Of a stretch of DNA of 64,000 nt, positions 1 to 9,804 are shown one piece after another. Source of the stretch: an uncultured Spirochaetota bacterium (GTDB lineage: Bacteria; Spirochaetota; Spirochaetia; SZUA-6; Fen-1364); NCBI GenBank assembly GCA_963820525.1, contig CAWGAA010000001.1:704001-768000 (forward strand). The letters run 5' to 3'. The notes beneath the pieces were generated by a model. That model was not told the origin of the DNA. It saw nothing but the letters and a program-made list of their open reading frames with translations, and did no database searches. The position numbers and the translations under genes were made by a program. The number at the start of each line of letters is the position of its first letter. Within the stretch, counting starts at the first letter, position 1.

Positions 1-16
1 AATTCAGCCAGGAGAG

Positions 17-132
17 ACATAACATGCTGTTGGAGCAGACCGCTTAGGCTACGCGTCGTTACTAATTCATACGTGTGCTAAAGTAATTGTACCTGTATGA
101 TGCTGCGCGGCTGCTCAACAGCGTCGTTATAT
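17..132 (+). repeat. attC site, GAGCAG/CTGCTC subtype (example)
   Basis: R'' ACATAAC at 17-23; L'' GTTGGAGCAG pairs with L' CTGCTCAAC leaving one extra G; R' GTT at 126. Identical to the attC at 17159-17270. Confidence 0.93.
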
Positions 133-415
133 CCATCTAGATTTATATTGATTAGCGAATAGACAACGAATTATTAATTCAATAATAGAAGATAAGACGC
201 TTTTCAATAGCTTTTTGCCCATGATGGCGTTGACATTGCTCCGTAAGGATGGCGGTGTTGTACTACATTGCTTGCTTTTCTTTAGTTTCAATACATGGCA
301 CGTCACCTCGTCTTGCCAACACCGATTGCATTCAACGGCTCGGATCAAGCTCCTTCAATTGATTCGATAGACCTTTTCTGCTTTCCTCAACGCCATCATA
401 CTGGATGGATATAAC
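126..415 (+). other. Family A gene-less cassette, representative copy
   Basis: Terminal IR GTTATATCCATC/GATGGATATAAC; internal IR ATGATGGCGTTG (221-232)/CAACGCCATCAT (388-399); no reading frame conserved across copies. Confidence 0.9.
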
Positions 416-523
416 ATGCTGTTGGAGTTGTCCGCCTAGGCTACGCGTCGTTACTTATAGCTACGTTTGCTAGGGTTCCTTCGGTTGCTGATTCGGGGCG
501 GCAACTCAACAGCGTCGTTATCT
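409..523 (+). repeat. attC site, GAGTTG/CAACTC subtype (most common; example)
   Basis: ATATAAC ATGCT GTTGGAGTTGTCCGCC...GGGGCGGCAACTCAAC AGCGTC GTT. Confidence 0.93.
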
Positions 524-800
524 CCATCTAGATTTATATTGATTAGCAATGAAGTTAAGAATTATTAATTAAATAATCTTGGATAAGACGCTTTTCAATT
601 TCATGTTTGCCCATGATGGCGTTGGCCTTTCTCTGGAAGGATGGCGGTGTTGTACTAGGTTGCACGCTTGTTTTTAGTTTCAATGCATGGCACGTCACCT
701 TGGCTTATTATCACCGATTACATTCAACGGCTCTAATCAAGCTCTTTCAATTGATTCGCTAGATCTTTTCTGCTTTCCTCAACGCCATCATACTGGATGG

Positions 801-914
801 AGATAACATGTCGTTGCAGCTGACCGCCCAAGCTACGCGTCGTCACTTGAAACTATGCGTGCTCAGCTATTTCCTTTTTTTGAGGCGGGGCGGCAGCTGA
901 ACTCCTTGTTATCT
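801..914 (+). repeat. attC site, CAGCTG/CAGCTG subtype (example)
   Basis: AGATAAC ATGTC GTTGCAGCTGACCGCCC...GGGGCGGCAGCTGAAC TCCTT GTT. Confidence 0.93.
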
Positions 915-1352
915 CCATCTCAATTTATCTTGATTAGAAATGAAGTAAAGAATTATTAATTCAATGATCTTTGATAAGACGTTTTTCAATAGCTTGTTTG
1001 CACATGATGGCGTTGGCATTGCTCTGGAAGGATGGCGATGTTGTACTACATTGCCTGCTTGTCTTTAGTTTCAATGCATGGCACGCCACCTTGGCTTATT
1101 ATCACCGATTACATTCTACGGCTTAGATCAAGCTCTTTCAAATGATTCGCTAGATCTTTTCTGCTTTCCTCAACGCCATCATACTGGATGGAGATAACAT
1201 GTCGTTGCAGCTGACCGCCCAAGTTACGCGTCGTCACTTGAAACTACGCGTTCTCAGGTATTTCATTTTCTTGAGGCGGGGCGGCAGCTGAACTCCTTGT
1301 TATCTCTCCCTAAGACTTGACTGTTGTGCATATTTTATGCATCATTGTGCAT

Positions 1353-1553
1353 ATGAGAACTACTCTTAACATCGACCCTACTCTCCTTAGAGAGGCAACA
1401 AGACTAACAGGGATATCCGAAAAGACTTCCCTTGTCCGTATGGGCCTTCAGGCCCTGATCTCCAAAGAAAGTTCTAAGCGTTTGGCTGAGCTTGGCGGAA
1501 CTGAAAAGAGTCTTCGTTCTATCCCAAGAAGACGACCTAAGAAGACAGCATGA
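1353..1553 (+). CDS. vapB: VapB-type antitoxin
   Basis: MRTTLNIDPTLL N-terminus typical of VapB; ATGA overlap with a PIN toxin. Start moved to ATG 1353. Confidence 0.85.
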   Translation: MRTTLNIDPTLLREATRLTGISEKTSLVRMGLQALISKESSKRLAELGGTEKSLRSIPRRRPKKTA

Positions 1554-1906
1554 TCCTAGTTGATACTTCTGTTTGGATAGATCATTTTCGAAATGACAAT
1601 GCAGAGCTGCGCAAGTTATTAAACAACAATGAAGTTATGACTCACCCTTTTATTATTGGTGAACTTGCTTGCGGACTCATACAAAATAGATCAGAAATAC
1701 TTAACCTTCTGGCCGAGTTGCCTGCTGTTATAACGGCAGATCATCAGGAAGTGCTAAAGCTCATCGAATCAAAGAAACTCTATGGTTCTGGAATTGGATT
1801 GATTGATGCACATTTAATTGCATCAGCGCTAATAACCAAAGTTGGAATCTTCACTCTTGATAAACCTTTGGCAAAAGCAACTTCATATCTTGGAATAAAC
1901 CAATAA
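1550..1906 (+). CDS. vapC: VapC PIN-domain toxin
   Basis: MILVDTSVWIDH...GELACG...IDAHLIASA...TLDK, PIN acidic motifs. Confidence 0.9.
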   Translation: MILVDTSVWIDHFRNDNAELRKLLNNNEVMTHPFIIGELACGLIQNRSEILNLLAELPAVITADHQEVLKLIESKKLYGSGIGLIDAHLIASALITKVGIFTLDKPLAKATSYLGINQ

Positions 1907-3035
1907 ATTTCATAGTTATCATAGGATGTTTCATTCAACTGTTGAGAATCTCTATATTCAGTATCCTCATAGAAGGTTATATTGACCCGTTTGGAATAAG
2001 TCATGCTTGGATATCAGTTTTCCAGCACATAAAACGAATTAATGAAAGGGAGAGATAACATGCTGTTGGAGTTGACCCCTTAGCCTACGTTTTGAAAGTG
2101 TAGCATGTGTTGCTAAACCGCCACTACCCTGCTTCGGGCGGCGGGGCAACTCAACAGCGTTGTTATCTCCATCTAGATTTATATTGATTAGCAAATAGGC
2201 GACAAATTCTTAATTCAAGAATATTGGATAAGACGTTTTTCAATAGCTTGCTTTCCCATGATGGCGTTGGCATTGAGCGGGAAGGATGGCGGTGTTGTAC
2301 TAGTTTGCCTGCTTGTTTTTAGGTTCAATACACTGCTCGTCACCTTGGCTTATTGTCACCGATTACACTATAGGGCTCGGATCAAGTTCTTTTAATTGAT
2401 TCGATTGCTCTTTTTCTGCTTTCCTCAACGCCATCATACTGGATGTAGATAACATGTCGTTGCAGCTGACCGCCCAAGCTACGCATCGTCACTTAAAACT
2501 ACGCGCGCTCAGGTATTTCTTTTTTTGATGCGGGGCGGCAGCTGAACTCCTCGTTATATCCAATCTAGATTTATATTGATTATCGAATAGGCAACGAATT
2601 AGTAATTCAATAAAAAGAGATAATACGTGTTTCAATAGCTTGTTTAACCATGATGGCGTTGGCATTGCTCTGGAAGGATGGCGGTGTTGTACTAATGTTG
2701 CTTGCTTGCTCTTAGTTTCAATACACTGCACGTCACCGTGGCTTAATGGTCAACGATTTCATTATAGGGCTCGGATCAAGCTCTTTCTCTTGAAACAACA
2801 ACTCTTTTCTGTTGTCCTCAACGCCATCATACTGGATGGATATAACATGCTGTTGGAGTTGTCCGCCTAGGCTACGCGTCGTTACTTATAGCTACGTTTG
2901 CTAGGGTTCCTTCGGTTGCTGATTCGGGGCGGCAACTCAACAGCGTCGTTGTGCGGGCTCTACGGCTCTGTGGGGGCGGCACCTTTCGTGAATGCTCGAG
3001 TGGTCATCGACCGTCCCTTCCCGAGGGAGGTAATC

Positions 3036-3560
3036 ATGATACGTCAGTCGCGGCCTGTTGATTTCGATGCGATCTACACGATCATCAACAATGCAGCAAT
3101 TGCCTACAAAGGTATCATTCCAGACGACAGATGGCACGATCCCTATATGACTCGGGCGGAGCTGCATGAGCAAATTGACGGCGGCGTAAAGTTCTCCTGC
3201 TACTGTGAAGATGATGAGGTTCTTGGCGTAATGGGGATCCAGGACAAGAATGACGTCTTTCTAATACGGCATGCATATGTTCTTACAACCAGCCGGAACA
3301 AGGGAATTGGAACAAAGCTCCTAAAGGAACTAACACGCAACTCGGAAAAACCTGTTTTGATCGGAACCTGGAAAGCCGCAACATGGGCAATTGGCTTCTA
3401 TCTTAAGAATGATTTCAAGCTTGTCACGGAAGAAGAGAAGGGAGTTCTGTTGAGGAAGTACTGGAGTATTCCGGAAAGGCAAGTTGAAACCTCAGTGGTT
3501 CTTGCAGATGGAAAGTATGAAAAGGCAAAAGCCAAGCTCTTATCGCCAGGTTCAGGCTGA
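3036..3560 (+). CDS. GNAT family N-acetyltransferase
   Basis: RHAYV..RNKGIGTKLL acetyl-CoA motif A and FYLKNDF. GGGAGG precedes ATG 3036; the longer ORF call runs through an attC. Confidence 0.88.
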   Translation: MIRQSRPVDFDAIYTIINNAAIAYKGIIPDDRWHDPYMTRAELHEQIDGGVKFSCYCEDDEVLGVMGIQDKNDVFLIRHAYVLTTSRNKGIGTKLLKELTRNSEKPVLIGTWKAATWAIGFYLKNDFKLVTEEEKGVLLRKYWSIPERQVETSVVLADGKYEKAKAKLLSPGSG

Positions 3561-3635
3561 AATGACCTTAGCAGGCATGATCGAATAGCCCTATCTATGT
3601 GGACATCGCCGTAGGATCAGGGCTTAAGGAGAGCC

Positions 3636-3751
3636 GCACAACAAGTCGTTGAAGCCGACCCCTTGACATCCGGCTGAAAGTGGGGCAGCGGATTCGTAAA
3701 AGCCGTCACGGTTGATCTGATGCGGCGGGGCGGCTTAACTCCATGTTATCT
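3636..3751 (+). repeat. attC site, AAGCCG/CGGCTT subtype (example; also ~9828, ~26471, ~49271)
   Basis: GCACAAC AAGTC GTTGAAGCCGACCCC...GGGGCGGCTTAAC TCCAT GTT. Confidence 0.92.
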
Positions 3752-3774
3752 CCATCTCAATTTATCTTGATTAG

Positions 3775-4339
3775 AGTCTCCTACGGGGAGAAACCCCCTC
3801 GTCTTTAGACGAAGACTTTAGTAGGCTTGCGGTACGATGAAGCAGTATCGAAAAGCGTCGCACTGCGTCTATGATTTGAAGTATCATATAGTGTGGATCA
3901 CCAAGTACCGCAAGCCAGTGTGGGGGAAAGAGATAGGAACCCGCGTAAGAGATCTGATACGAATGATTTGCGCGAGCCTGGACGTAGAGATCGTGAAAGG
4001 GAACATCAGCCGCGATCACGTGCATCTGCTGCTGAGCGTGCCGCCGACTCTATCGGTATCCAGGCTCGTGCAGCGCATGAAGGGGCTGACATCACGGAAG
4101 CTGCTCATGGAAAACAAAGGGTTGAACAAAACATTCTGGGGCAGGCATCTTTGGGCCCGCGGGTATTTCGTGGCGAGCACAGGGAACGTGACCGAAGAGA
4201 TGATCGCCCGCTACATCGAGAATCAGCAGGACACAGAGCGGGACCAAGATGCCGACTTCAAAGTAGAACCGTGATGTCGGCCCCAGTCGGCTTTAGCCGA
4301 CAAGCGCAAACCCCCCGACTTAAGTCGGGGGTGGTTTAG
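3775..4339 (+). mobile_element. IS200-like element (tnpA only) in a family A cassette
   Basis: Interrupts TTAG|AAATGAAG relative to the intact twin at 908. Subterminal hairpins TCGTCT-TT-AGACGA and CCCCCGACT-TA-AGTCGGGGG. Confidence 0.9.
3837..4274 (+). CDS. tnpA: IS200/IS605 Y1 (HUH) transposase
   Basis: YHIVWITKYR, DHVHLL (HUH), LWARGYF, RYIENQ. Confidence 0.95.
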   Translation: MKQYRKASHCVYDLKYHIVWITKYRKPVWGKEIGTRVRDLIRMICASLDVEIVKGNISRDHVHLLLSVPPTLSVSRLVQRMKGLTSRKLLMENKGLNKTFWGRHLWARGYFVASTGNVTEEMIARYIENQQDTERDQDADFKVEP

Positions 4340-4700
4340 AAATGAAGTAAAGAATTATTAATTCAATGATCTTTGATAAGACGTTTTTCAATAGCTTGTT
4401 TGCACATGATGGCGTTGGCATTGCTCTGGAAGGATGGCGATGTTGTACTACATTGCCTGCTTGTCTTTAGTTTCAATGCATGGCACGCCACCTTGGCTTA
4501 TTATCACCGATTACATTCTACGGCTTAGATCAAGCTCTTTCAAATGATTCGCTAGATCTTTTCTGCTTTCCTCAACGCCATCATACTGGATGGAGATAAC
4601 ATGTCGTTGCAGCTGACCGCCCAAGTTACGCGTCGTCACTTGAAACTACGCGTTCTCAGGTATTTCATTTTCTTGAGGCGGGGCGGCAGCTGAACTCCTT

Positions 4701-5020
4701 GTTACATCCACGCTAATAATTTCTTTGAGAGAATATTTTGCCTGTTCTGTTTTGAATTATTCAAAGCAAATAAAGAATTCGATTTAGCAATCTTGCAGGT
4801 TTTACTTTGGTGAATTCCTCTGATACTTTTGCGCGGGCCATGTAAGTTCCCATTGGAACAGCTCGCGCCCATTAGCTGAAAGGGCATTATCAACTTTTAA
4901 CATCATTTTCTTTCGCTATGCCCGAATTCTATCATCAATCAACTAACCTTATATTTTCTTCATATCGTGAAGCTTCTTTGCTGGCCCGCGCATATTGTTC
5001 TGTTTCCGCGTAGATGTAAC
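4701..5020 (+). other. Family B gene-less cassette, representative copy
   Basis: TGCGCGGGCCA 4830-4840, GCTCGCGC 4861-4868, TGGCCCGCGCA 4982-4992, and inner hairpin GTTCC-CATT-GGAAC. Confidence 0.9.
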
Positions 5021-6698
5021 ATGCGGTTGGAGCAGACCGCTTGGACTGCTCGTCGTTACTGATTCTTCCTCGTGTTAAATCAAATGAACCTATATGATGC
5101 GGCGCGGCTGCTCAACCGCGTCGTTATCTCCATCTAGATTTATATTGATTAGCAAATAAGCAACGAATTATCAATTCAAGAATATTTGATAAGACGTTTT
5201 TCAATATTTTGCTTTCCCATGATGGCGTTGGCATTGGGCGGGAAGGATGGCGGTGTTGTACTAGTTTGCCTGCTTGTTTTTAGGTTCAACACACTGCGCG
5301 TCACCTTGGCTTATTGTCACCGATTACACTATTGGGCTCGGATCAAGCTCCTTTAATTGATTCGATTGCTCTTTTTCTGCTTTCCTCAACGCCATCATAC
5401 CGGATGGAGATAACATGTCGTTGCAGCTGACCGCCCAAGCTACGCGCCGTTATTCGAAACTACGCGCGCTCAGGTATTTCCTCTTTTTGAGGCGGGGCGG
5501 CAGCTGAACTCCTTGTTATATCCAACCAGATTCATATTGATTAGTAATGATTTAAGAATCTTTAAATCAATAATCTTGGATAAGACGTTTTTCAATTAAT
5601 GGCTGTTACATGATGGCGTTGGCATTGTTCTGGAAGGATGGCGGTGTTGTACTACATTTGGTTGCTTTTTTTAGTTTCAATGTATAGCACGTCACCTTGG
5701 CCTATTGTCACCGATTACATTATAAGGCCCTGATCAAGTCATTTTGATTGATACGATGAATCTTCTTCTGCTTTCCTACAACGCCATCATACTTGGTGGA
5801 TATAACATGCTGTTGGAGTTGTCCGCCTTGGCTACGCTTCTTTACAAATAACTACGCACGGTAAAGCCGATTGTACTTGGATGATTCGGGGCGGCAACTC
5901 AACAGCGTCGTTATATCCAACCAGATTCATATTGATTAGCAATGATTTAAGGAATCCTTAATTCAATAATCTTGGATAAGATGTTTTTCAATTGATTGCT
6001 TTCCCATGATGGCGTTGGCATTGTTCTGGAAGGATGGCGGTGTTGTACTACATTTGGTTTCTTATTTTTAGTTTCAAAGTATGGCACGTCACCTTGGCTT
6101 ATTATCACCGATTACATTATAAGGCTCTGATCAAGTCATTTCGATTGATACGATGAATCTTCTTCTGCTTTCCTACAACGCCATCATACTTGGTGGATAT
6201 AACATGCTGTTGGAGTTGTCCGCCTAGGCTACGCTTCGTTACAAATAACTACGCACGGTAAAGCCGATTGTACTTGGATGATTCGGGGCGGCAACTCAAC
6301 AGCGTCGTTATCTCCATCTAGATTTATATTGATTAGCAAACAAGCAACGAATTATTAATTCAAGAATATTGGAGAAGACGTTTTTCAATAGCTTGCTTTC
6401 CCATGATGGCGTTGGCATTGGGCGGGAAGGATGGCTGTGTTGTACTAGTTTGCCTGCTTGTTTTTAGGTTCAATACTCTGCTCGTCACCTTTGCTTATTG
6501 TCACCGATTACATTATAGGGCTCGTATCAAGCTCTTTTAATTGATTCGATTACTCTTTTTCTGCTTTCCTCAACGCCATCATACTGGATGGAGATAACAT
6601 GTCGTTGCAGCTGACCGCCCAAGCTACGCGCCTTCACTTGAAACTACGCGCGCTCAGGTATTTCCTTTTTTTGAGTCGGGGCGGCAGCTGAACTCCTC

Positions 6699-7036
6699 GT
6701 TATATTCACGCATATTGAAGATTCTTAGATAATTTCAGTATTAGTTCCCTGTATACGTATGCTTGAGTATTGCTATCATAAAGGGCTTTTTTCCTATTTG
6801 AGTAATGTTGTGAGATTCACCTCTTTCATTTCTTTTCTTTCCTTTGCGCGGGCCCTGGTAGTCACTAGGTCAAAGCTCGCGCCACTCTTTTGGTAGCCTC
6901 TCTTACCTTTTAACCTTGTTTTCTTTCGTTCAAGGTTGAAGTCTAGATTCAACCTGTTGCGGTCAGCTTTTTTCACTCTCTTATAGTTCTCTGCATCGGC
7001 CCGCGCTAGTCTCTTATGTTTCCGCGTAAATATAAC
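6699..7036 (+). other. Divergent family-B-like gene-less cassette
   Basis: Body barely alignable to family B, but keeps GCGCGGGC 6846-6853, GCTCGCGC 6875-6882, GGCCCGCGC 6998-7006 and the TGTTTCCGCGTA..TAAC end. Confidence 0.85.
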
Positions 7037-7184
7037 AAGTCGTTGCAGCTGACCGCCTAGGCTACGCGTCGTTAGAAATAACTACGCTCGTTCAAGTATT
7101 TTTTCTTTCTTGATTCGGGGCGGCAGCTGAACTCCATGTTGGATGGCGCTTCGACAACAGGCCTTCTTGCGGTAGACTGATGCC

Positions 7185-8034
7185 ATGAAGAAAGCAAACG
7201 AAACAAGCGCTGCGGAAGCATTCGCTCTTGTTCTTTCAGCAATCAACAACAAGGTGTACCGTCTGCTCGATTCACCCGACGAGAAGAATAGGGTCACTTC
7301 CGACATTGATTATGTATATGCATCCGCCTCTGGCAGAGGGTCTCATGTGGCGGCTGAGCATACAATCGTTGAATCCTTTGAGGGACAGCTTGCTTACGTC
7401 AACCAATCTTTTGATGTCGCGGCCGAGATCAATACTATTTGCAAGGGCAAGATCCCCCCAGACCGATATTTCTTCCTGGCCATACCAGATCTCCTTGTTA
7501 GATCGCTAGACAGACCGAGACGAACCGCCTTTGTCGAACATATTTCTTCAGTCATTGCCAAGGAATGCTTGCATCTACAAGAGGACGGGCACACCAAAAT
7601 ACCGTTCAATGAACATGATATCTGGCTGATGTGCCGAGGCAGTCATCCAGAAATGAACGGGAATGTCTTTCGAATCCCCAAGGCGCCGGAAGAGGGAGAT
7701 ACCTTACAGCGCCAGAGACTTGCTCGCGCTCTTACGATGAAGTTGCCCAACCTATGCAAGTATAAGCTCAAGGGCTTCACAACGGCTCTGCTGCTTGAAG
7801 ATATTTCTGGGGGCCTCTCCAACATCGGTTTCCATGGCCGATCGATAAAAGTTCTGCATCGGATTGCGATACGGTTTTTCGTAAACTATGTCGTTGTCTT
7901 TGCATCCAACAATCAGCGTATGATAGTCGGCAATGTCTGGAAGGAAAACGGAAGGTGGTATGGAAACGTTCCCTATGCCTAGAAGATTCCATTTCACTTA
8001 CGATATAACTGGTAAAATGCAGATTGGCACTTAG
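7185..8034 (+). pseudogene. Hypothetical protein, copy with a +1 frameshift near the 3' end
   Basis: Identical to 11968-12816 except an extra C (TATGCCTAG vs TATGCTAG) that gives a stop at 7982. Could be a sequencing error. Confidence 0.7.
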
Positions 8035-9066
8035 GTATCAACAGAGCGGCCTTTCGGAGATGCGCCATCCAACAAGTCGTTGCAGCTGACGCCTAAGATT
8101 TCGTCTGAAAGATACAGCTCTGTTTCATAGAACCGTCGGGGCTGTGGTGACTCGGCGGCGCAGCTGAACTCTATGTTATATCCATCTAGATTTATATTGA
8201 TTAGCAAATAATCAACGAATTATTAATTCAAGAATAGAAGATAAGACGCCTTTCAATAGCTTGCTTGCCCATTATGGCGTTGGCATTGTTCTGCAAGGAT
8301 AGCGGTGTTGTACTACATTGGTTGCTTGTCTTTAGTTTCAATTTATGGCACGTCACCTTGGCTAATTGTCACCGATTACATTCAACGGCTCGGATCAAGC
8401 TCTTTTAATTGATTCGATAGATCTTTTCTGCTTTCCTCAACGCCATCATACTGGATGGATATAACATGCTGTTGGAGTTGACCGCCTAGGCTACGCTTCG
8501 TTACTAATAACTACGCTAGCTGAAGTATTTGTACTTGGCTGATTCGGGGCGGCAACTCAACAGCGTCGTTACATCCACGCTAATAATTTCTTTGAGAGAA
8601 TATTTTGCCTATTCTGTTTTGAATTATTCAAAGCAAATAAAGAATTCGATTTAACAATCTTGCAGGTTTTACTTTGTTGAATTCCTCTGATACTTTTGCG
8701 CGGGCCATGTAAGTTCCCATTGGAACAGCTCGCGCCCATTAGCTGAAAGGGCATTATCAACTTTTAACATCATTTTCTTTAGCTATGCCCGAATTCTATC
8801 ATCAATCAACTAACCTTATATTTTCTTCATATCGTGAAGCTTCTTTGCTGGCCCGCGCATATTGTTCTGTTTCCGCGTAGATGTAACATGCGGTTGGAGC
8901 AGACCGCTTGGACTGCTAGTCGTTACTGATTCTTCCTCGTGTTAAATCAAATGAACCTATATGATGCGGCGCGGCTGCTCAACCGCGTCGTTATGCATAC
9001 TTGAAAACTACTATAGGTGCTTTTATTTACACTATAGGTTGGCTTGAGGTATTGGAGGAACCGACA

Positions 9067-9804
9067 TTGTCCGCAACTGATAAGTATGCCGACGTCGCCG
9101 AACGGTATGGTGAAATGCTGCAGGATGACCCAAGCCGCGAGATGTTCTTCAAAAGAACATTTGATAAGTTTCATGCAAAGAGCATTTTGGATTGCGCATG
9201 CGGAACTGGAAAGGACTTATTGCTTTTCCACTCCATGGGCTACGTCGTAATCGGATCAGACCTCTCTGATTCTATGCTCAAAGTATCGCAAAAAGCCATT
9301 AGCGAACACCGGGCAAACATTATTCTGAGAAAGGGAGACTTCCAGAATCTAAGGGCAGTACATAGTGAGGTGTTTGATGCGGTACTATGCCTGAGCAATT
9401 CGATAAACGAAGCCGAGGTTGATCCAATTAGGGCATTAGAAAGTATGAAACAGGTACTCAAGCCCGACGGAATCATCATCCTGGACCAGGGCCAGACAGA
9501 TTTGTCGATGCAGGATCCGCCCTCTTATGTGCCAATAATGAACAATCAGAATCTGTCACGACTCTACACAATGACATACGACAAAGACATAATGACCGTG
9601 AACATTTTCGATTTCATCCATGATGAGAAAGCAAAGAAGTACGATTTTAGCCACAGCCAGTTCAAAATCTGCATCAGACTTTATGCAGATTGGAGAGCAA
9701 TTCTACAGAGGGCTAACCTGAAAGCAGAATTCTATGGAAATTGGGAAGGGGAAAAATACGATCCAAATAGAAGCAAAAGGTTGATCATCGTTGCTAGGAA
9801 ATGA
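9067..9804 (+). CDS. Class I SAM-dependent methyltransferase
   Basis: ILDCACGTG motif I, GSDLSDSML, LKPDGIIILD. GGAGG precedes TTG 9067. Confidence 0.88.
   Translation: MSATDKYADVAERYGEMLQDDPSREMFFKRTFDKFHAKSILDCACGTGKDLLLFHSMGYVVIGSDLSDSMLKVSQKAISEHRANIILRKGDFQNLRAVHSEVFDAVLCLSNSINEAEVDPIRALESMKQVLKPDGIIILDQGQTDLSMQDPPSYVPIMNNQNLSRLYTMTYDKDIMTVNIFDFIHDEKAKKYDFSHSQFKICIRLYADWRAILQRANLKAEFYGNWEGEKYDPNRSKRLIIVARK

Noticed and set aside
127..348. Minus-strand ORFs in family A (also 2489, 19586, 22497, 38509, 55117)
   Set aside because: Starts and frames differ among copies and some run through attC sites.
221..370. ~49-aa + strand ORF in family A (MMALTLLRKDGGVVLH...)
   Set aside because: Open in some copies but frameshifted (2553, 5515) or stopped early (908, 2162) in others. 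Changes are largely non-synonymous and there is no RBS. A peptide role is unlikely but not formally excluded.
2898..3035. N-terminal extensions of ORF calls at 2898, 32104 and 53746
   Set aside because: They begin inside attC sites; better starts with an RBS or promoter lie within the cassettes.
4702..4893. Recurrent 60-85 aa ORFs in family B (MIMPFQLMGASC..., MKTIRFSCIC..., MPLLLTCASC...)
   Set aside because: They recur only because the DNA is repeated. Different subtypes give ORFs on different strands and frames, with no shared protein.
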